Assembly: GCA_902825795.1 (NCBI GenBank) | Contig: CADECG010000005.1 | Coordinates: 1-50,783 of the forward strand | Length of the DNA stretch: 50,783 nt | Origin: an uncultured Bacteroidota bacterium | Lineage (GTDB): Bacteria > Bacteroidota > Bacteroidia > Flavobacteriales_F > PHOS-HE28 | Reading direction: 5' to 3' | Shown: piece after piece, positions 43,868 through 50,783 of the stretch | Numbering within the stretch: the stretch's first letter is position 1 | Layout: each line of letters begins with the position of its first letter | Position numbers and translations under genes: made by a program | The notes under the pieces: model-generated | The model's database searches: none | The model's input: the letters and a program-made list of their open reading frames with translations, nothing else | Told to the model about the DNA's origin: nothing

Positions 43868-44986
43868 ATGCCGAAACGCGCAAGAGCCGTTGAACTGTGG
43901 GCCGCCGAACACCCCGTGTACGTGGGTGCAGGCAGCTTGGCAGCGCTCGGTGCGCGGTTGAAGCAGGAGCCTGATGGCGTCCGCGTCTTCGTGCTCGGCG
44001 ATGAGAACACCTTGCGACTTTGTCTTCCGGAGTTGCTCGGACAACTGGATGGATTGCGCAATTCAAGCACCATCGAGGTGCCCAGCGGCGAACAGTCCAA
44101 GAGCCTGGAGACCTGTCGCGCTGTATGGGAGCATTTGCTCACGGCGGAGGCCGACCGCAGCGCGGTGCTCTTGAACCTCGGCGGTGGAGTGGTGACGGAT
44201 CTCGGTGGCTTCATCGCAGGTGCGTACAAACGCGGTATACGCTGCGTGCATGTGCCCACCACGCTTATGGGCATGTGCGATGCGGCGATCGGTGGCAAGA
44301 GCGGTATCGACCTCGGTGGCGTGAAGAACGCCGTTGGCTCCTTCGAGCCGCCGATGGGCGTGTATGTGCACGTTCCCTTCCTGCGCACCTTGGGCAAACG
44401 CGAGCTGTTGAACGGTGTTGCCGAAATGATCAAGCATGGACTTGCGTTGGATGCTGACCACTGGAACGATGTGCGCACTGCCCCCCTGCACGACATGGAT
44501 GCTTTGGCCGGATTGATCCTGCGCAGTATCGCACTGAAGGCGGAAGTGGTTACCAAGGACATGCACGAGCACGGCGATCGGAAGAAGCTCAACTTCGGTC
44601 ATACCATCGGCCACGCGTTGGAAGCGCATAGCTGGGAAAGCGGCCAACGCACATTGTTGCACGGCGAGGCCGTGGCGTTGGGCATGATCGCCGAAAGCTG
44701 GCTCAGTTGGAAACGCGGGCTGCTCGATCGCGCCAGCATGGAGAAGATCTCAGAGCATATCCTCTCGCTTTACAAGCCCTATCCGCTCATGGCTTCCGAT
44801 CATCACCGCATTGTGGCCTTGATGCGCAATGACAAGAAGAACCGTGAAGGCGGCATCCGTATCACCTTGCTCAAGAGCATCGGCGAAGCCGTCGTGGATG
44901 TAGAGGTGAGTTCCACCCAATTGAGCGAAGCCATCGAGCACTACCGTCACCTCGTCGCGCACAATGCCCTCCATAACCGTACGTAA
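43868..44986 (+). CDS. aroB: 3-dehydroquinate synthase
   Basis: GEQSKS, LGGGVVTDLGGF, YKRGI, VPTTL, AIGGKSG, EMIKH, LNFGHTIGHALE, LHGEAVALG. Confidence 0.95.
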   Translation: MPKRARAVELWAAEHPVYVGAGSLAALGARLKQEPDGVRVFVLGDENTLRLCLPELLGQLDGLRNSSTIEVPSGEQSKSLETCRAVWEHLLTAEADRSAVLLNLGGGVVTDLGGFIAGAYKRGIRCVHVPTTLMGMCDAAIGGKSGIDLGGVKNAVGSFEPPMGVYVHVPFLRTLGKRELLNGVAEMIKHGLALDADHWNDVRTAPLHDMDALAGLILRSIALKAEVVTKDMHEHGDRKKLNFGHTIGHALEAHSWESGQRTLLHGEAVALGMIAESWLSWKRGLLDRASMEKISEHILSLYKPYPLMASDHHRIVALMRNDKKNREGGIRITLLKSIGEAVVDVEVSSTQLSEAIEHYRHLVAHNALHNRT

Positions 44987-46271
44987 GCCCACCGACCGGA
45001 TCAACATGCTCGTTGCGTTGCCGCGCAGCAAGAGCGTTGCCGCGCGCGCGGCCATCATTGCCAGTATGGCGGTGCCGCTGGGCCCGCGCAAGATGGATGA
45101 GGACGAACCCTTCGAACTGAAGAATTTTCCCACGAGCGACGACAGCGCAACATTGAAGCGGCTGCTCGACGAACGCCCGCACGTAATGCATTGCGGTATG
45201 GGCGGTACTACGTTCCGTTTTCTGCTGGCGTGGGCTGCCATCCGTGATGGTGAGGAACACATCCTCACCGGCGATGCGCGATTGTTGGAGCGACCGCATC
45301 AGGAGTTGGTGGATGCCCTGCGCCAACTCGGCGCCGATATTGAACACGTGCCCGAGGGCTACCGCGTGCGCGGCCGCAAGCTGTCGGGGGGTGAGGTGAC
45401 GATGGACACGCCCGCGAGCAGCCAGTTCATCAGCGCGCTCATGATGATCGGGCCGATGATGGAGAACGGGATCCTGATCCACTGGCACGGCCCGCCGCTT
45501 TCCGAGCCGTACGTCATGATGACGATGATCATTATGAAGCAGTTCAATGCCGATAGTAACATGGGCTTCCACCCGCAACGGCATGTAGGAGCGGAGAGCG
45601 GGGGCTATGCGCTGCCCGAGGAGCCGTTCAGTATACCCACCGACTGGAGCGCCGCCTCATTCATCTACCAGATCATTGCCACGTCACCCGGTGCGCGTGC
45701 CACGCTGAACCACCTGGATCAGGAGAGCTATCAAGGCGATGAAGCCATCCGCTATTTGCTGAAGGACGAAGTGGAAACCGCTGACTGGGTGGATGATGGG
45801 ATCGGACCCGAAACGCTGTACACTACGCTTGTGCATCGCGCGCTACGGCCCGTGCGTGAAGGCCAGTATGCCTTCGACCTTACCTACACGCCCGACATCT
45901 TTCCCATGCTCGCCATTACGCAGGCCATGTTGGGCCGCAGCGCGCGCTTCACCGGGCTCGATACCCTGCCGCTGAAAGAGAGCGATCGGATCGCGGGCAT
46001 CAGCGATGCGCTGGGCCAACTCCGCATTCCCTGCACATCAGGACCGGGTTGGTTCGAATTGGCTTCGAGCACCGAGTTGATCGCTGCCTTGGCCGACCGT
46101 GCATTCACCTTCAACCCGCGTGGCGATCACCGAATGGCCATGGCCTTGGCTCCGCTCTCGTTGGTCTGCGAACAGGTCACCATCGAAGACCCCGGGGTGG
46201 TAACCAAAAGCTACCCGGGCTTTTGGGAAGACATCGAGAAGGCCGGATTCCGGTTGGAGCGGAAGGAGTGA
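44964..46271 (+). CDS. aroA: 3-phosphoshikimate 1-carboxyvinyltransferase (EPSP synthase)
   Basis: PRSKS, GTTFRFL, SSQFISAL, DWSAAS, KESDRI, DHRMAMA, KSYPGFW. Confidence 0.92.
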   Translation: MPSITVRKPTDRINMLVALPRSKSVAARAAIIASMAVPLGPRKMDEDEPFELKNFPTSDDSATLKRLLDERPHVMHCGMGGTTFRFLLAWAAIRDGEEHILTGDARLLERPHQELVDALRQLGADIEHVPEGYRVRGRKLSGGEVTMDTPASSQFISALMMIGPMMENGILIHWHGPPLSEPYVMMTMIIMKQFNADSNMGFHPQRHVGAESGGYALPEEPFSIPTDWSAASFIYQIIATSPGARATLNHLDQESYQGDEAIRYLLKDEVETADWVDDGIGPETLYTTLVHRALRPVREGQYAFDLTYTPDIFPMLAITQAMLGRSARFTGLDTLPLKESDRIAGISDALGQLRIPCTSGPGWFELASSTELIAALADRAFTFNPRGDHRMAMALAPLSLVCEQVTIEDPGVVTKSYPGFWEDIEKAGFRLERKE

Positions 46272-46277
46272 CCGTCA

Positions 46278-48695
46278 CTATTTCACGACCCTTGCCGTGC
46301 GCTGTTCACCGGCCGCATCAACAATGATCATGTACACACCCGGCGCTGCGCCGGACAGGTCGAGCCGATAGGATGCGCTGCTGTTCGCCCACGTCCAAAC
46401 GCCAAGCACGCGGCCGCCGATGTCCATCAAGCGCACGGTTGCGGCTCCTTCCACAGAGGTTGCCGTCGGCTGCAGCAACACTGTGCCATCGGCTTCCTTG
46501 ACAATGGCTTGCTCGGTTCGAGGTTGCGTGGGCGAGAGCAGGAAGAGCGGATCACTGAAGCGCACCAAGTAGGCATCGAAGCCACCACCGCCATAGTTGG
46601 GTTGATGACAGCCCGGCGTGGTGATGGTCTGAGCCCGGGTATCGCCGCCCAGTAGCACAATGCTGTTCCGCGCCGCGCAACGCGCCCACATCCAATTGGT
46701 GTTGCTATTGAAGTACGTTCCCCATATGCGGGCGCCAGCAGTAGTGAAACGCGTGAGGAAGGCCGAAGCACTATTCGTGAGGGTTGGCTGTACACCATCA
46801 GCTGTTGCAATGCCCGTTGGCGATCCAGTGAAACCCGATACATAGATACGCCCCGTATAGCCGATCGCAATGTCCTCGCACCAGTCCTGGTCCGCGCCGC
46901 CGTAGTACGTGCCCCACTCGCGCAAGCCATAGTTGTCGATCTTGGCAAGCATGCCATCGCCCGCGGTGGAAGTTCCGTTATAGCTCGCATCGTGGCTGCC
47001 CGCCGTGGCAATGCCCGATGAGGACAGCGTACCGCCACAGATGTAAATGCGTCCCGTGGATGGTTCCGCCAGACAGGCTATCATAAAGTCGTCGGCGGCG
47101 CCACCGTAGTAGGTGCCCCACGATTTCGCGCCCAAGCCGCTGTACTTCACCAAGTAGCCATCTGTGCCACCGCTTTTGGTGGGTTTGTGCGTGCCGCTGG
47201 TCGCAATGCCCGAGGGTGATGCGGTAGTGCCCACCAGATAGATGAACGTTCCATCGTTGCTGGTGCCCACGCCGCTGTCCGCCTGGCTACCGCCCATGTA
47301 TGTGGCCCACTGGCGCACGCCGCTCGGACTCAACTTCGCAACGAAGGCATCGCCGTTACCGCCGTAGGATATGTCGGCAGCGCCAGCACTGGCAATGCCC
47401 GTGAGGCTTTCAGTAGTGCCCACGATCACAGGGTATCCGGCACCATCGCACTGCACATCGCGGGCATAGTCGCTTCCTGTGCCGCCATAGTACGTGCCCC
47501 ATTGCCGAACGCCATTGGTATTGAACTTCACCAGGAAGCCATCGCTAGCGGAGCTCTTGTTGGGTTGATGTGAACCCGCCGTGGCGATGCCCGTGGTGCT
47601 GCTGGTGCTGCCGCAGATGTAGATGTTCGCGCTGGCGTCGGTCGTTACGGAAGTCGAGAGGTCGCCGCTCGAGCCACCCATGTAGGTGCCCCAGAGCCGC
47701 ACACCGGCTGCATCGAATTTCACCAACATGGCATCCGATCCACCGAGCAACGTGGTCTGGTGCGCGCCGCTGGTGGCAATGGCCGCAACGGACTGTGCAT
47801 TGCCGCTGGCCAACGAGTTGCCGTTCACATCAATGGCCACGCCTTGGAAGTTGTCCAGACCTTCGGCGCCGTACATCGTGCTCCACATGACCGTGGGCAC
47901 CGGGTCGATCACCAGTGTTGCGTTCGCGCGCGCCACAAAACCATCCGCCGGGGCGAAGCCGATCGTGCCATCGGTGTTGCGCGTCCACTTCACCGGAGCG
48001 CTTTTGCGTTCGTGGCCCACCTCGTGCCAACTCGCTGGCAGCGTTTCAACCAATTCGCCGAAGGCCGTGTTGAAGACGAGCACACCACGCTCGTCCAACG
48101 TGGCGCCGGCGCCGCTGTGCCGCATGCGGATGGCGCTCATGTCGGCGCCGGGATGCACCACGAAGTCGTACTCCATTGACGCGGTGCCCTCGCTCAGCTG
48201 AAAACGCACATCGATGCCTGGGACGATGTCCAGGTATTCCACCGTGCGGAAGTGTTGCACGTTCACGGCGCCGGCCTCGGGCGTACCCTGGGTGTAGTAG
48301 TTGAAGTGATCGTTGAAGGGGTCGCTTGCTACGATGCGCGTGTCGGGCGAAGCACCGACGAAGGAGATGTCGATACGATGGAACCGGTAGGTGCGCTCTG
48401 CGGGCATCGGCCGGTCATGCGCCGCGTTGATCATGAGCAGTGTTTCCTCCGCTTGCTCTTCCACCACCCACGTGTCGTAGCTGAAGCCATCATCGAGCAG
48501 TTGCACATTGAGGCCCGGGCCGTTCAGCAGGTAGCGCACATGCGGCACGGGTTTGCCCAGCTGATCGTGTAGTTGGCCTTTGTTCTCGATAAAGCCTGTT
48601 GTGTGCGCGATGGGGAGATCCTCCGCGGTCTGCGCTGTGGCGCGGATGGGCAGGATACCGATCAGCAGAAGGGAAGTGGTGATGAATGCACGCAT
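46278..48695 (-). CDS. T9SS cargo with FIENKGQ N-terminal domain and seven SBBP beta-propeller repeats
   Basis: Signal peptide, FIENKGQ, YDFVVHPGAD...I, seven W[SGA]T[MY]x repeats about 60 aa apart, CTD ...PGVYMIIV...ARVVK. Confidence 0.85.
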   Translation of the reverse strand: MRAFITTSLLLIGILPIRATAQTAEDLPIAHTTGFIENKGQLHDQLGKPVPHVRYLLNGPGLNVQLLDDGFSYDTWVVEEQAEETLLMINAAHDRPMPAERTYRFHRIDISFVGASPDTRIVASDPFNDHFNYYTQGTPEAGAVNVQHFRTVEYLDIVPGIDVRFQLSEGTASMEYDFVVHPGADMSAIRMRHSGAGATLDERGVLVFNTAFGELVETLPASWHEVGHERKSAPVKWTRNTDGTIGFAPADGFVARANATLVIDPVPTVMWSTMYGAEGLDNFQGVAIDVNGNSLASGNAQSVAAIATSGAHQTTLLGGSDAMLVKFDAAGVRLWGTYMGGSSGDLSTSVTTDASANIYICGSTSSTTGIATAGSHQPNKSSASDGFLVKFNTNGVRQWGTYYGGTGSDYARDVQCDGAGYPVIVGTTESLTGIASAGAADISYGGNGDAFVAKLSPSGVRQWATYMGGSQADSGVGTSNDGTFIYLVGTTASPSGIATSGTHKPTKSGGTDGYLVKYSGLGAKSWGTYYGGAADDFMIACLAEPSTGRIYICGGTLSSSGIATAGSHDASYNGTSTAGDGMLAKIDNYGLREWGTYYGGADQDWCEDIAIGYTGRIYVSGFTGSPTGIATADGVQPTLTNSASAFLTRFTTAGARIWGTYFNSNTNWMWARCAARNSIVLLGGDTRAQTITTPGCHQPNYGGGGFDAYLVRFSDPLFLLSPTQPRTEQAIVKEADGTVLLQPTATSVEGAATVRLMDIGGRVLGVWTWANSSASYRLDLSGAAPGVYMIIVDAAGEQRTARVVK

Positions 48696-48871
48696 GGTGA
48701 GGTGGAGTTGGTCGGGTTCTCGAGGGCCGAACGAAGTAATCCGTGTGCGCGGTGCGAAGGGCGGACGATCGAGGGAACGGCAATAGGATCGATCCAACGT
48801 ATTTGGAGCGCAGGCAAGACTCAGTGGTGAACACCTTCCCCCGCCCGTACATTCGGCGCAAAGCCCTGTGC

Positions 48872-50783
48872 ATGCCACGCCTGCTCCTGATCATCACCCT
48901 CTTCTTCGCCTCGCTGTTCGCTGTCGTGCACTTCAGTGCCGTTCCCACAGTGGATAGCGGCAGCCCAATGGGCAACGGCAGCGCTGATGACCCCAACGGT
49001 TTGGTCGCTTGGAACCACGAGCGCACCATGGATCCCGCGACCGGTCTCGTGCCCGCCGACATCCGCCGAAAGGAACTCGCTTTCGCCGCAACACTGCCGA
49101 ACCGCGGTGAGGCCAAAGGCCTCAATTGGACATGGCGCGGTCCGCGCAACCGTGGTGGTCGCACGCGTGCCGTGTTGGTGGATCGTACCAACGACCAAGT
49201 GCTCGTGGCCGGAAGTGTTACCGGTGGTCTATGGCGCAGCGCCGATGGCGGTACCACATGGACGCGGACCAGTCCTAACGATGCCATGGCGGGGATCAGC
49301 AGCTTGGCACAGGACCCGCGCACGGGGCACGAGAACGAATGGTATGCGGGCACCGGCGAGAACTACGGTGTGGTGAGCGGCACCAGTTTCAGTGCGCTGC
49401 TGGCCGGTGACGGCATCTTCAAGAGCACCGATGGCGGACAGAGCTGGACACACTTGACCAGCACGATCGCGGGCGATCATCAGGTGTACAACCGGAAGGG
49501 CAGTTTCAAGCAGGTGAACAGCCTAGTGGTGGACCCTACGCGCAACGACAGCGATGTGGTGCTCGCGGCGGTCTTCGATGGCATCTTCCGCAGCAACGAC
49601 GGTGGTGCCTCGTGGCATGCTGTGCTCGGTCTGGATACCACCAGCACACAAACATCCTTGTACACCGAAGTGCGGGTGACCACCACGGGCGTGTACTACG
49701 CCGCGATCGGCAACACCACGGCGAGCGAAGGCTTCTGGCGCAGCACCGATGGCCTCAACTGGGTGGAGATCTCACCGGTCGGCTTCACCGCCAATCTGGA
49801 GCGGACGGTGTTGGCCATTGACCCCAGCAACGAGAACACGGTCTACTTCTTCAGTGAAACACCCGCTGCCGGTGTGCACGGCCACTCACTGTGGAAGTAC
49901 AGCTATGTGAGCGGCGACGGCACCGGCGCCGGTGGCGTGTGGACGAACCGCAGCAGCAATCTGCCCAACGGTTCCTGTACCGGTTATTTCACGTTCGACT
50001 TCGGGTACATCAACACGCAGACGAGCTACGATATGTCGATCGGTGTGCACCCTGCCGATACCAATGTGCTCTTTATCGGCGGCACCAACTTGTGGCGCAG
50101 CACCAACGCATTCCGTTCTCCGGACAGCACCGCGTGGGTGGGAGGGTACCGTTGCAACACCGCAGACCCGAAGAGCTATGTGTACCCGAACCACCACCCG
50201 GACCAGCACTGGGTAACCTTCAGCCCCACGAACCCCAACATGCTGTACACCGGCAGCGATGGGGGCGTACACCGCACCAACGATTGCCTCGCGGACAGCG
50301 TGTCGTGGACGGACCTCAACACCACCTACATCAGCAGCCAGTTCTACACGGTACACATTACCGACAACGGCACCGACAACAAGATCCTCGGCGGCTTGCA
50401 GGACAACGGAATGTTTTTGGCGCTCGACGACCAGCCGAACCAGGATTGGAAATACGTTCATCAGGATGATGGCGCGTACGGCGCGTTGCCACAGGGCAAT
50501 GGCAACTGGATCCTCACCAGCAGCCAGCAAGGACGGCTCTACAAGAAGTCGGTGGATGCGAATGGCACCATAACCGGTTACGAACGCATCGACCCCGACG
50601 GCGCGAGCGGTTACAACTTCATCAATCCGTTGGTGCTTGATCCATGGAACAACAACCGCATCTACTGGCCTTCCGCCAACAAGGTGTGGACGCGCAACGA
50701 CCTTGACACGATCTCCGTGACCGATAACTGGTACACCGCATCGACGACCGGTTGGACCAACATCACCGAAGCACAGTTGCCCA
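48872..50783 (+). CDS. Secreted BNR/Asp-box beta-propeller protein (VPS10/GH74-like), 3' truncated by the window
   Basis: Hand translation MPRLLLIITLFF...WRGPRNRGGRTRA...GGLWRSADGGTTW...KSTDGGQSW...RSNDGGASW...HPDQH...GSDGGV...GGLQDNG. The frame appears open to the window end and is absent from the ORF track. Confidence 0.85.
   Translation, partial: MPRLLLIITLFFASLFAVVHFSAVPTVDSGSPMGNGSADDPNGLVAWNHERTMDPATGLVPADIRRKELAFAATLPNRGEAKGLNWTWRGPRNRGGRTRAVLVDRTNDQVLVAGSVTGGLWRSADGGTTWTRTSPNDAMAGISSLAQDPRTGHENEWYAGTGENYGVVSGTSFSALLAGDGIFKSTDGGQSWTHLTSTIAGDHQVYNRKGSFKQVNSLVVDPTRNDSDVVLAAVFDGIFRSNDGGASWHAVLGLDTTSTQTSLYTEVRVTTTGVYYAAIGNTTASEGFWRSTDGLNWVEISPVGFTANLERTVLAIDPSNENTVYFFSETPAAGVHGHSLWKYSYVSGDGTGAGGVWTNRSSNLPNGSCTGYFTFDFGYINTQTSYDMSIGVHPADTNVLFIGGTNLWRSTNAFRSPDSTAWVGGYRCNTADPKSYVYPNHHPDQHWVTFSPTNPNMLYTGSDGGVHRTNDCLADSVSWTDLNTTYISSQFYTVHITDNGTDNKILGGLQDNGMFLALDDQPNQDWKYVHQDDGAYGALPQGNGNWILTSSQQGRLYKKSVDANGTITGYERIDPDGASGYNFINPLVLDPWNNNRIYWPSANKVWTRNDLDTISVTDNWYTASTTGWTNITEAQLP

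Overview
GC-rich Bacteroidota chromosomal segment, probably from a Flavobacteriales-like lineage. The evidence is a stand-alone pheT, an lpxC-fabZ fusion, porX, T9SS C-terminal domains and Bacteroidetes-type -7 promoter boxes. It is gene-dense and mostly on the minus strand. I found no rRNA, tRNA, CRISPR array, transposase or integrase. Housekeeping genes are pheT, ppa, hutU, rnhB, efp, lpxD/lpxC-fabZ/lpxA plus a second lpxD, porX, tsaE, an ald-like gene, proline dehydrogenase, aroB and aroA. Accessory content includes a glycan-assembly block (GT4, flippase, two Wzz, O-antigen ligase family), four T9SS cargo genes plus a probable fifth cut by the window edge, an ECF sigma / beta-barrel pair and an MbnP metal cassette. 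The strongest leads are: (1) an 'alanine dehydrogenase' lacking the canonical catalytic Lys75/His96 equivalents, inside an HD-dNTPase / PorX(PglZ) / TsaE neighbourhood that may be a nucleotide/redox signalling module; (2) an MbnP cassette with an intact WxW motif but no MbnH in the window; (3) an EF-P with Asn at the modified-Lys position; (4) a GNAT gene split by a single in-frame TAG; (5) a degenerate ABC ATPase tied to the lipid A operon; (6) recurrent CCCGAC-GTCGGG palindromes and quasi-periodic inverted repeats in intergenic DNA. All family assignments come from motif recognition; no database search was run. Many start codons were moved downstream of the ORF-track starts.
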